A stretch of 37,279 bases of DNA, from NCBI RefSeq assembly GCF_004010195.1, contig NW_025213910.1, positions 1 through 37,279 on the forward strand. The letters are read 5' to 3'. Positions within the stretch are counted from its first letter, which is position 1. The number at the start of each line of letters is the position of its first letter. The DNA comes from Chiloscyllium plagiosum (taxonomy: Eukaryota). The position numbers and the translations under genes are program-made. The notes beneath the pieces are model-generated. The model was not told where the DNA came from. It saw nothing but the letters and a program-made list of their open reading frames with translations, and searched no databases. Of the stretch, positions 11,241-22,950 are shown in pieces.

Positions 11241-11849
11241 CCGGGGCCCTAGTAGGAAATCGAGTCTGAGGATCCTGCAGGCTGAGCCATGGGCCAGGCC
11301 TCAGACGCTCCTTCTCCCATCTTTGGTATCCCTGGATGGTGAAAACTGAGGTAAATTGTTCTCTGATGGTTTCATGGGAATCGACAATCGTTTCAGAGTC
11401 CCAGGATATTGCAGTCATCCTGGGAGTGGGGGGGGGGGGGTGGTTAGGACTTTGTCCCATAGTGATGTGGTGCAGAGCTCTGCAACGCCATCTTACCAGG
11501 TCGCTGCCATCTTGGACTCCCCCCACCCCAGAACCAGTTGTGCCAACCCTCAGCCAGGCTGAGAGCCTTTCCAAGATGGCGGCAGGGTAGCAGGGCCGCG
11601 TGCGGCCTCTTTCCCGGGGCTCCTCCCCTCCCAGCTGCTATTGTTCCCTTGTCTGGTCCTGCTCTTCCTCTTGGCCGGGGTCAGTCAGCAGGCATCTGCC
11701 CAGCCCCGGGAGTGGCTCCCCCTGGTGAGCGGCAGCAGCAAAATCTCCTCCAGCGATCGGCGGCAGTGGACTCTTCAAGATGGTGGCACCAGCAAGGTGA
11801 GGTCTCGGAGGAGGGAGGCCAGAGTGGGACTCTCAACGCAGCGGCAGGA

Positions 11850-14362
11850 GAACAAAGAACGTTACAGCACAGGAACAGGCCCTTCAGCCCTCAGAGCCCG
11901 TGCTGATCCAGGTCCTCTACCTAAACCTGTCACCTGTTTTCTAAGGCCCTGTATCCCTCTGCTCCCTGCCCATTGATGTATCTGTCCAGATACATCTTAA
12001 ACGACACTATCGTGCCCGCCTCTACCATCTCCACTGGCAACGTGTTCCAGGTCCTCACCACCCTCTGTGTGAAGACCTTCCCACGCATATCTCCCCTAAA
12101 CTATTCCCCCCTCGCTCGAATCCGTGACCCCGAGTAATTGAGACCCCCACTCTGGGGAAAAGCTCCTTGCTATCCACCCTGTCTATACCTCTCATGGTTT
12201 TGTAGACCTCAATCAGGACCCCCTCAACCTCCATCTTTCTAATGGAAATAATCCTAATCTACTCAACCTCTCTTCATAGCTAGCGCCCTCCACACCAGGC
12301 AACTTCCTGGGGAACCTCCTCTGCACCCTGTCCAAAGGATGTACGTCCTTATGGTAATGTGGGGACCAGAGCTGTACACAGTATTCCAAATGTGGCCAAA
12401 CCAAAGTCCTACACAACTGTAACATGACCTGCCAACTCTTGTACTCGATACCCTGTCGAATGAAGGAAAGCATGTCTGCTTGACCACTCTACTGACCTGC
12501 GTTGGCCCTTTCAGGGCACAATGGACCTGATCACCCAGATCTCTGTGTACATCAATTTTCCCCAGGACTTTTCCATTTACTGGATAGTTCGCTCTGGAAT
12601 TGGATCTTCCAAGATGCACCACCTCACATTTGCCCGGACTGAACGCCATCTGCCATTTCTCTGCCCAACTCTCCAATCTATCTGTATTCTGATGAATTTG
12701 CTGACAGTCCCTCACTATCTGCTATTCCACCAATCTTAGTTTCATCTACAAACTTGCTAATCAGACCACCGATACCTTCCTCCAGATTATTTATGTATAT
12801 CACAAACAACCATGTGGTCCCCACATGGATCCCTGTGGAGTATCACTGGTCTCTCTTTTGAGAAATTCCCTTTCACTACAACTGTCTGTCTCCTGCTGCC
12901 CAGGCAGTTCTCTATCCATCTAGTTAGTATAGCTTGGACCCATGCAATTCCACTGTCTCCATCAGCCTACTGTGGGGAACCTTATTAAACGCCTTACTGA
13001 AGTCCATGTATATGACATCGACCACCCTTCCCTCATCAATCAACATTGTCACTTCCTTAAAGAATTCTATTAACTTACTAGATTAGATTACTTACAGTGT
13101 GGAAACAGGCCCTTCAGCCCAATAAGGTCCACACCGACCCGCCGAAGCGCAACCCACCCATTCCCCTACATTTACCCCTGATTAGATTAGATTACTTACA
13201 GTGTGGAAACAGGCCCTTCGGCCCAACAAGGTCCACACCGACCCGCCAAAGCACAACCCACCCATTCCCCTACATTTACCCCTTTACCTAACATTACGGA
13301 CAATTTAGCGTGGCCAATTCACCCTGACCTGCACATCTTTGGACTGTGGGAGGAAACCGGAGCACCCGGAGGAAACCCACGCAGACACGGGGAGAATGTG
13401 CAAACTCCACACAGTCAGTCGCCTGAGGCGGGGATTGAACCCGGGTCTCTGGCGCTGTGAGGCAGCAGTGCTAACCACTGTGCCATCGTGCCACCCACTT
13501 GGTAAGACATGACCTTCCCTGCTGCCTATCACTGATAAGCCCATTTTCTTGCAAATGGGAATAGGTCCTGTCCCTCAGTATCTTCTCCAGCAGTTTCTCC
13601 ACCACTGACATCGGGCTCTCTGGTCTGTAATTACCTGGCTTATCCCTGCTACCCTTCTTAAACAAGGGGACAACATTAGCAATTCTCCAGTCCTCTGGGA
13701 CCTCACCCATGTTCAAGGATGCTGCAATGGTGTCTGTTAAAGCCCCAGTTATTCCCTCTCTCGCTTCCCTCAGAAACCTGGGATGGATTCCATCTGGACC
13801 TGGGGAATTGTCCACCTTAATGCCTTTTAGAATATCCAACACTTCCTCCCTCCTTATGCTGACTTGACCTCGAGTAATCGAACATCTATCCCTAACCTCA
13901 ACATCTGTCATGTTCCTCTCCTCGGTGAATACTGATGCAGAGTACTCATTGAGAATCGCACCCATTTTCTCTGACTGCACACATATCTTGCCTCCTTTGT
14001 CCTTGAATGGGCCAGCCCTTTCTATCATTACCCTCTTGCCTCTTATATGCAAATGAAAGCCTTTGGGATTTTCCTTATCCCTGGTTGTTACAGATATTTC
14101 ATGACCCCTTTTAGCCCTCTTAGTTCCTCATTTCAGTTTGGTCCTACATTCCTGAAATTTTTCCAAAGCTTCTTCCAAAGCTTTCAGTCATCTAGACCTT
14201 ATGTACGCTTCCTTTTTCCTCTTAGCTAGTCCCACAAGTTCGCCTGTCATCCATGGTTCCCTAATCTTGCCATTTCTATCCCGCATTTTCACAGGAATAT
14301 CTCTCTCCTGGACTCTAATGAACCTCTCTTTAAAAGCCTCCCACGTGTTGAATGTGGATTTC
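11850..14362 (-). mobile_element. CR1-clade LINE, 3' portion (RT and 3' tail), decayed, with a nested SINE
   Basis: SPGPDGIHPR, VPEDWRIANVVPLFKKG, PGNYRP, GRSCLT and LVWPHLEYCVQLWSP; 3' tail GAAGGGCCTGTTCCTGTGCTGTAAC-GTTCTTTGTTC at ~11850-11890. Confidence 0.92.
13079..13497 (-). mobile_element. HE1-like SINE with a tandemly duplicated ~100-bp 3' end
   Basis: TAGATTAGATTACTTACAGTGTGGAAACAGGCCCTTC occurs at ~13079 and again at ~13183; head at ~13425-13497. Confidence 0.92.
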
Positions 14363-16101
14363 CTGAGGACCCCTGACTGCAGTTGACCCAGGGCGATAAG
14401 TCATAGAATCTGACAGCACAGAACCAGACCCTTCGGTCCAACCAATCCGTGCTGACCATGATCCCAAACTAAACCAGTCCATCTGCCCGCTCCTGGCCCA
14501 GAACCCTCCAAACCTTTCCTGTTCATGACCTTATCTAAAAGTCTCTCAAACATTGTAACTCTACCCACATCCACCACTTCCACAGGAAGGTCATTACACG
14601 CCTGAACCACCCTCTGTGTAAATGATTTCCCCCTCATGTCTTTTATTAAAAATTCCTCCTCTCACTTTAAGAATATGCCCTCTAATCTTGAAATGCCCCA
14701 CCCTAGTGTAAAGACACCTACCATTCACCTTATCTATACCCCTCGTGATTTTATAAACCTCTATAAGGTCACCCCTCAGCCTCCGACGCTCCAGGGAAAT
14801 AAGTCCCGGCCTATCCAGCCTTACTTTGCAACTCAAACCCCTCCATACCCGACAACAGCCTGGTTTATCTCTTCTGAGCCCTCTCCAGTTTAATAATCTC
14901 CTTCCTATAACAGGGCGACCAGGACTGGACGCAGTATTCCACAAGAGCCTGTACAACCTCAACGTGACGTTCCCAACCCTGAAACTCAAAGGGCTGAGCA
15001 ATGAAGACAAGTAGGTAAACACCTTCTTAACCACCCTGTCTCCATGAACTCGGAGATCTACAACACTACCCGGGGCTCTGCTTTTAATCGTACAAATCCT
15101 GCCCTTGGTTTATGACCAAAACGCAATACCTCGCATTTATCTGAATTAAACTCCACCAGCCACTCCTCAGCCCATTGACCCAATTGATCAAGATCCCTTT
15201 GTAATCTGAGGGAACCTTTGTCTCTCCAATCTTGGTGTCACCTGCACACTCACGCCTCCTATATCCTCATCCAAATGGTTTCTATAAACAAAGGGGGGAC
15301 CCAGCACCAATCCCTGTGCAACACCCACCTCCAGTCTGTAAAGCAACCCTCCACCCTCTGCCTCCTGCTGTTAAGCCAATTTTGTATCCATTTGGCAAGC
15401 TCTCCCCGAATTCCTGTGTGATCTAACTCTACGAATTAGTCCACCATGCAGGGCCTTGTCAAAGGCTTTACTGGTCTCCAAGTAAATCCCGTGGTTACCG
15501 CTCTGCCCTCAGCAACCTTTTTAAGTTTGTGAGAGATGATTTCTCACGTGCAAAGCCATGTGGCCTATCCCTAATCATTCTGTGCCTCTCCAACTGCATG
15601 TAAATCCCACCTTTCAGAATCGCCTCCAACAACGTACCCACCACCCACGCTATAGTTCCCAGGTGTCTCCCTTCTTAAACAAGAGCACAACTCTCCAGTC
15701 ACCCGGCACCTCACCCATCGTTATAAACGCTAACAAATGTTTCTGCTGGGGACCCCGCAATTTCTTCCGTGAACTTCCCCTGATGGCCTGGGATACACTT
15801 GATCAGGTCCCAGAGAATTATCCACCTTTATCTCGTCTAATCCCTGCAGCAGATCCTCACCTGTAATGAGAACCCTTTCTAAAACATCAGCATCCATTTC
15901 CCTGAGTTCCTTAGCCTCCAATTGCTTTCCACACAGTAAACACTGATGCAGAATATTCATTTAATATCTCTCCCGTCTCCGGATGTTCAACACAAAGGTG
16001 ACCTCCTTGATTGTTCAGGAACCTGACTCGCGCTCTCGTTGCTCTGGATGTACCTGTAGAATCTGTTTGGTTTATCCTTAAGCTTGCTTGTCAAGGCAAT
16101 G

Positions 16102-16416
16102 TTATATTCTCATTGAAACGGTGAAGGATGAGGGGTGACTTGATAGAGGTTTATAAGATGATCAGGGGAATAGATAGACAGTCAGAGACTTTTTCCCCCG
16201 GGTACAACAGAGTGTTACAAGGGGACATAAATTTAAGGTGAAGGGGCCTGTGGTAGTGGTAGAGTCAGAATCTTTGGTGACCTTTAAGCGGCAATTGGAT
16301 AGGTACATGGATGGGTGCTTAAGCTAGGACAAATGTTCGGCACAACATCGTGGGCCGAAGGGCCTGTTCTGTGCTGTATTGTTCTATGTTCTATGTTCTA
16401 TGTTCTATGTTCTATT
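16102..16416 (+). mobile_element. CR1-clade LINE 3'-end fragment with (TTCTATG)5 tail
   Basis: MRGDLIEVYKMIRGID coding remnant, GGGCCGAAGGGCCTGTT, and a 7-bp terminal repeat at 16381-16415. Confidence 0.88.
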
Positions 16417-16788
16417 CCCTCCTCCCCTTCTCGATTTCTCTCTGTAGAATGCCCCTGCACTCTTCGTACTGTTCAAGAGATTCATTTGATCCCAGATTTC
16501 CACATCTAACATCTGATTCTCTTTTATTCTTGACTAGAACTTCAGTATCTTTATACAACCACTGCTCCCTAATCCTACTCGCCTGACCTTTCACTCTGAC
16601 AGCCTCTGAACTGTGATTATCACATTTTTAAAAGCTACTCCAATCAACTTTTGTTAAGTTCTTGTCCAATACCACCAAAATTTGCCTTACTCCAAATGAA
16701 AAGCTTAAATTTTGAAGGACGGCGAATCCTTTACCATAAACGTTTTAAACCAGGCAGAATTATGATCACTGGACCCGAAGTGCTGCTC

Positions 16789-17068
16789 GGGCAGCATGGT
16801 GCCCGATGCCTCACAGCACCAGGGTCCCAGGTTCGATTCCAGCCTCGGGCGACTGTCTGTGTGGAGTTTGCACATTCTCCCTGTGCCTGCGTGGGTTTCC
16901 CCCCCACAATCCAGGTCAGGGTGGATTGGCCATGTTAAATTGCCCCATAGTGTTAGGTGCATTAGTCAGAGGGAAATGGGTCTGGGTGAGTTACTCTTCG
17001 GTGGGTCGGGTGTGGACTAGTTGGGCCGAAGGGCCTGTTCCCACACTGTAGGGGTATCTAATCTAATC
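16789..17068 (+). mobile_element. HE1-like SINE with small internal deletions
   Basis: B box GGTTCGATTCC, V domain, tail and (TCTAA)n end. Confidence 0.9.
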
Positions 17069-17582
17069 ACTTATTACCCAAGAGAAGGGCAGGTTTTGCT
17101 CCTTCTCTAGTAGGAATATCGATAAAGAAAATTTTCTTGAACACATTTAGCAAATTCTTTCCCCTCCAAACCATAAACTCTCGTCCCAGTCAATGTGTGG
17201 CCAATTAAAACTCCCCACTATTGCAACCTTATTATGCTGATATATGTTTGAGATCTCCCTACATATTTCTTCCTCAAATTCCCTCTGACTGTCGTGGGGT
17301 CTATAGTAAAATTCTGTCAAGGTTATCATCTCTTTCCTATTTCTAATTACAGTCCATATATCCATACAGGATGATCTTTCAGAAAGATCTTCTCCAGATA
17401 CAGCGGTGATGTCTTCCTTAATCAGAATCGCCACTCCCCATCCTTCCTACAACATCAAAACAGTGAGCTACCAGGCAGGTCTGCTTTCTGTAATAGTTAC
17501 CACGTTACAATCCCAAACATATGCATTGAGTTTTTCAACCTCACCTGCACTTGCATTGCAATAAATGCAGTTTAATTCTTTG

Positions 17583-17858
17583 GAGTCATAGAGATGTACC
17601 GCACGGAAACAGACCCTTCGGTCCAACCCGTCCATACTGACCAGATATCCCATCCCAATCTAGTCCCACCTGCCAGCACCCGGCCCATATCCCTCCAAAC
17701 CCTTCCTATTCATATACCCATCCAGATGTCTCTTAAATGCTGTAATTATACCAGCCTCCACCACATCCTCTGGCAGCTCATTCCATACACACACCCACCC
17801 TCTGTGTGAAAAAGTTGCCCCTTAGGTCTCTTTAAAATCTTTCCCCCCTCACCCTTAA
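17583..17858 (-). mobile_element. CR1-clade LINE 3'-end fragment nested in the older CR1
   Basis: Tail GAAGGGTCTGTTTCCGTGCGGTACATCTCTATGACTC; probable target duplication TTAATTCTTT (~17572) / TTAATCTTT (~17854). Confidence 0.85.
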
Positions 17859-18191
17859 TCTTTAGTGTGACTTTGTTCTCGGGCTTACTCTTGTCTGTCC
17901 TTTCAGATTAACTTGTCCTTTTCAGATTCAAAAGCACCCTCATCTATTTCCAATGCTATTGAGGACTCCCCCCACCCCCCCACCCCCCGAAAGGTCCCCA
18001 GCCTCCCCAGCCAGGATCTTGGTCCCTTTCTGATTCAGGTGAATCCCTCACTTTTTGAGCAGGTCTTTTATGCTCCAGAAGAAATCCCAGTAGTTCAAAA
18101 CCCGGAATCCCTGAATATGACAGGGATTGCTCTATCCTTTTACTCTCTCCCTGATCTGAGCTCCGCACGGAGAGATGACCACTTTTAAGAA

Positions 18192-18324
18192 TGGATTTGG
18201 AGATGCCGGTGTGGGACTGGGGTGTACAAAGTTAAAAATCACACAACGCCAGGTTAGAGTCCAACTAGTGTGCTTCCAATTAAACCTGTTGGACTATAAC
18301 CTGGTGCTGTGTGATTTTTAACTT
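18192..18324. mobile_element. Penelope-derived inverted-repeat insertion, same family as 1711-1976, hammerhead core absent
   Basis: GGAGATGCCGGTGTGGGACTGGGGTGTACAAAGTTAAAAATCACACAAC start; 37-bp inverted arms at 18229-18265 and 18288-18324. Confidence 0.75.
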
Positions 18325-18629
18325 AGAGAATTGTGCTGTTTCATGTTCTACCCAACCTCTTCCCCCTCTCACTCTGTAAAACCTTCATCTTCTCCCTAAC
18401 TCTGCCTTTCCTCGCAATGTGTTCAACAACATTCGGTTTCTCGCTCTCCTCTCGAACAATATGTTTCAAATTTTTTGAGACGTCCCCAATCCTAGTACCA
18501 GCAAACCAACGCACCCGCCGCTCACTGTCACAGACGCTCTGGTGTCCTTGCCAGCACAGTGCCCGATAAAAGGAATTCTTTTACATTTTGTCAAATGCTG
18601 CCTAACGGATGATTCACTCTTAACGCGCG

Positions 18630-18826
18630 AGGGGTTTCCTCCGGGTGCTCCGGTTTCCTCCCACAATCCAAAAATGTGAAGGTCAGGTTGAATTGGCCAT
18701 GCTAAATTGCCCCATAGGGTGCGGTGTATTAGTCAGAGGGAAACGGGTCTGGGTGGGTTACTCTTCGGAGGGTCAGTGTTGGGCCGAAGGGCCTGTTTCC
18801 ACACTGTCGGGAATCGAATCTAATCA
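18630..18826 (+). mobile_element. HE1-like SINE, 5'-truncated
   Basis: Starts within the V domain (GGGTTTCCTCCGGGTGCTCC) and ends with the typical tail. Confidence 0.88.
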
Positions 18827-19712
18827 AGACCTGATTGTCTCATCCACCTTGCTCAGAGAGACGATCCCTTTTGAGAGTTCCCAAAATGGAGAGAGGATTA
18901 GCCACAATAGGGCTTTTCCCTTGCCTGACTGATCCTGCTCTGTAATCACACGCCATCTCACTCTGTGTCACTTGTATGTGTCTCAATGACATTACACCTC
19001 AGAACAAACAGCTGACAACAGCATCTTCGAAATAAAATTAACTACCTTTCCTAACCGATAGAATCAAGCAAGCAAAAGCTAAGAAATGAAAAATCATAGA
19101 GAAAAAATAAGTCTTGAACAAAATCAACCACCCAGCTGAAATTAAATAAGGAGATTGAAGTGGTTCACCTTTCAATCTTCTGGCAAAACAAATTCACTCC
19201 ACGTGTCGGTCCCCGTAAACACAGTTCCTTTTAAAAAGAAGACTTTCTTCCAAGATTGAAAACAAAATCTCTTTGGCGATGTTAAAAATTATTCTCTTTC
19301 AACGTGATAGGCCTTTCTGAAAGGTCTGTTAACAAAACTCCCTTTGGAAAAAAATATCACAACTTTGTTTTGTTTTACTTTTCTTTTAGAGTTTTTGATT
19401 ACGAACGAACCGAAAATGAAGCAAAATAAATGGTTTATGTATTGTAATAACTGGAAGAAAATTAAATCAGACTGTTGTAGGTCTTTCCAAAAATTCCGTT
19501 TACAAAACACAGTTTGCGAAAAAAAACGCATTGTTTTGCGTTTTTGACAAGATAAGATTCAAAATATGGATTAAAAATAAAACTCCCAGGTTACAGGAGT
19601 GTAATAACTGTGAGAAAGCTAGACATGAATGCAGAAGTGAGCCGGCAATCTCAGGGGCAGCTGCAAGATCCATGGTTCCTCAGTCTGACATTTTGGATTC
19701 GTGGTCTCACAG

Positions 19713-22700
19713 CTGGTTACAGTAGACCCAGAGTGGGGACACCCTGGTTACAGTAAACCCAGAGTGGGGACACCCTTGTTACAGTAGACCCAGAGTGGGG
19801 ACACCCTGGTTACAGTAGACCCAGAGTGGGGGCTCCCTGGTTACAGTATACCCAGAGTGGGGACACCCTGGTTACAGTAGACCCAGAGTGGGGACACCCT
19901 GCTTACAGTAGACCCAGAGTGGGGACACCCTGGTTACAGTAGACCCAGAGTGGGGGCTCCCTGGTTACAGTAGACCCAGAGTGGGGACACCCTGGTTACA
20001 GTAAACCCAGAGTGGGGACACCCTGGTTACAGTATACCCAGAGTGGGGACACCCTGCTTACAGTAGACCCAGAGTGGGGACACCCTGGTTACAGTATACC
20101 CAGAGTGGGGACTCCCTGGTTACTGTAGACCCAGAGTGGGGACACCCTGGTTATAGTATACCCAGAGTGGGGACACCCTGGTTACAGTATACCCAGAGTG
20201 GGGACTCCCTGGTTACAGTAGACCCAGAGTGGGGACACCCTGGTTACAGTATACCCAGAGTGGGGACTCCCTGGTTACAGTAAACCCAGAGTGGGGACAC
20301 CCTGGTTACAGTAGACCCAGAGTGGGGACACCCTGGTTACAGTAAACCCAGAGTGGGGACACCCTGGTTACAGTAAACCCAGAGTGGGGACACCCTGGTT
20401 ACAGTAAACCCAGAGTGGGGACACCCTGGTTACAGTAAACCCAGAGTGGGGACACCCTGGTTACAGTAAACCCAGAGTGGGGACACCCTGGTTACAGTAA
20501 ACCCAGAGTGGGGACACCCTGGTTACAGTAAACCCAGAGTGGGGACACCCTGGTTACAGTAAACCCAGAGTGGGGACACCCTGGTTACAGTAAACCCAGA
20601 GTGGGGACACCCTGGTTACAGTAAACCCAGAGTGGGGACACCCTGGTTACAGTAAACCCAGAGTGGGGACACCCTGGTTACAGTAAACCCAGAGTGGGGA
20701 CACCCTGGTTACAGTAAACCCAGAGTGGGGACACCCTGGTTACAGTAAACCCAGAGTGGGGACACCCTGGTTACAGTAAACCCAGAGTGGGGACACCCTG
20801 GTTACAGTAAACCCAGAGTGGGGACACCCTGGTTACAGTAAACCCAGAGTGGGGACACCCTGGTTACAGTAAACCCAGAGTGGGGACACCCTGGTTACAG
20901 TAAACCCAGAGTGGGGACACCCTGGTTACAGTAAACCCAGAGTGGGGACACCCTGGTTACAGTAAACCCAGAGTGGGGACACCCTGGTTACAGTAAACCC
21001 AGAGTGGGGACACCCTGGTTACAGTAAACCCAGAGTGGGGACACCCTGGTTACAGTAAACCCAGAGTGGGGACACCCTGGTTACAGTAAACCCAGAGTGG
21101 GGACACCCTGGTTACAGTAAACCCAGAGTGGGGACACCCTGGTTACAGTAAACCCAGAGTGGGGACACCCTGGTTACAGTAAACCCAGAGTGGGGACACC
21201 CTGGTTACAGTAAACCCAGAGTGGGGACACCCTGGTTACAGTAAACCCAGAGTGGGGACACCCTGGTTACAGTAAACCCAGAGTGGGGACACCCTGGTTA
21301 CAGTAAACCCAGAGTGGGGACACCCTGGTTACAGTAAACCCAGAGTGGGGACACCCTGGTTACAGTAAACCCAGAGTGGGGACACCCTGGTTACAGTAAA
21401 CCCAGAGTGGGGACACCCTGGTTACAGTAAACCCAGAGTGGGGACACCCTGGTTACAGTAAACCCAGAGTGGGGACACCCTGGTTACAGTAAACCCAGAG
21501 TGGGGACACCCTGGTTACAGTAAACCCAGAGTGGGGACACCCTGGTTACAGTAAACCCAGAGTGGGGACACCCTGGTTACAGTAAACCCAGAGTGGGGAC
21601 ACCCTGGTTACAGTAAACCCAGAGTGGGGACACCCTGGTTACAGTAAACCCAGAGTGGGGACACCCTGGTTACAGTAAACCCAGAGTGGGGACACCCTGG
21701 TTACAGTAAACCCAGAGTGGGGACACCCTGGTTACAGTAAACCCAGAGTGGGGACACCCTGGTTACAGTAAACCCAGAGTGGGGACACCCTGGTTACAGT
21801 AAACCCAGAGTGGGGACACCCTGGTTACAGTAAACCCAGAGTGGGGACACCCTGGTTACAGTAAACCCAGAGTGGGGACACCCTGGTTACAGTAAACCCA
21901 GAGTGGGGACACCCTGGTTACAGTAAACCCAGAGTGGGGACACCCTGGTTACAGTAAACCCAGAGTGGGGACACCCTGGTTACAGTAAACCCAGAGTGGG
22001 GACACCCTGGTTACAGTAAACCCAGAGTGGGGACACCCTGGTTACAGTAAACCCAGAGTGGGGACACCCTGGTTACAGTAAACCCAGAGTGGGGACACCC
22101 TGGTTACAGTAAACCCAGAGTGGGGACACCCTGGTTACAGTAAACCCAGAGTGGGGACACCCTGGTTACAGTAAACCCAGAGTGGGGACACCCTGGTTAC
22201 AGTAAACCCAGAGTGGGGACACCCTGGTTACAGTAAACCCAGAGTGGGGACACCCTGGTTACAGTAAACCCAGAGTGGGGACACCCTGGTTACAGTAAAC
22301 CCAGAGTGGGGACACCCTGGTTACAGTAAACCCAGAGTGGGGACACCCTGGTTACAGTAAACCCAGAGTGGGGACACCCTGGTTACAGTAAACCCAGAGT
22401 GGGGACACCCTGGTTACAGTAAACCCAGAGTGGGGACACCCTGGTTACAGTAAACCCAGAGTGGGGACACCCTGGTTACAGTAAACCCAGAGTGGGGACA
22501 CCCTGGTTACAGTAAACCCAGAGTGGGGACACCCTGGTTACAGTAAACCCAGAGTGGGGACACCCTGGTTACAGTAAACCCAGAGTGGGGACACCCTGGT
22601 TACAGTAAACCCAGAGTGGGGACACCCTGGTTACAGTAAACCCAGAGTGGGGACACCCTGGTTACAGTAAACCCAGAGTGGGGACACCCTGGTTACAGTA

Positions 22701-22950
22701 AACCCAGAGTGGGGACACCCTGGTTACAGTAAACCCAGAGTGGGGACACCCTGGTTACAGTAAACCCAGAGTGGGGACACCCTGGTTACAGTAAACCCAG
22801 AGTGGGGACACCCTGGTTACAGTAAACCCAGAGTGGGGACACCCTGGTTACAGTAAACCCAGAGTGGGGACACCCTGGTTACAGTAAACCCAGAGTGGGG
22901 ACACCCTGGTTACAGTAAACCCAGAGTGGGGACACCCTGGTTACAGTAAA
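19713..22950. repeat. 31-bp tandem array, ~104 copies, unit CTGGTTACAGTAAACCCAGAGTGGGGACACC
   Basis: Period counted directly. Variants (TAGAC, TATAC, GACTC, GGCTC) occur only up to ~20320; identical by eye thereafter. Confidence 0.98.

Larger units (their letters stand above)
5293..11530 (-). mobile_element. Near full-length decayed L1-clade LINE (5' UTR, ORF1, inter-ORF region, ORF2, 3' UTR/poly(A)) interrupted by four SINEs
   Basis: On the minus strand: CAATAAAAATATATTTTAAAAAAG 3' end at ~5295-5320; RT at 6615-7566; EN at 8470-9637; ORF1 at ~10550-11240; start GGGGGGAGTCCAAGATGGCAGC at ~11503-11525. The ORF2 C-terminus is deleted near the SINE at 5395. Confidence 0.88.
14398..18935 (-). 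mobile_element. Old near full-length CR1-clade LINE (ORF1 SGNH esterase, ORF2 EN and RT, 3' tail), heavily nested
   Basis: Tail at 14398-14480; RT remnants LRGDLIEVYKI and VDNSLGPDQVYPR; EN remnants LNCIYCNA and MAILIKEDITAV..YYRP; ORF1 remnant GFRVLNYWDFFW..*GIHLNQKGTKILAG at ~18005-18112 resembles the DGLHLN esterase motif. Continuity as a single element is inferred from collinearity. Confidence 0.78.

Noticed and set aside
10915..11976. GC-rich ORFs (219, 122 and 111 aa, one with a signal-peptide-like start)
   Set aside because: They overlap the L1 5' UTR/ORF1 and its GC-rich flank, have no recognisable domain, and are expected by chance at this GC content.
19289..19725. Short ORFs or a histone-type stem-loop in the AT-rich island
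   Set aside because: The ORFs are 80 aa or shorter, compositionally biased and without recognisable motifs. GGCCTTTCTGAAAGGTC does not fit the 6-bp stem and 4-nt loop histone consensus, and no histone CDS is nearby.
19713..22950. CRISPR-like array (31-bp partly palindromic repeats)
   Set aside because: The units are directly adjacent with no unique spacers, there are no cas genes, and the context is eukaryotic.
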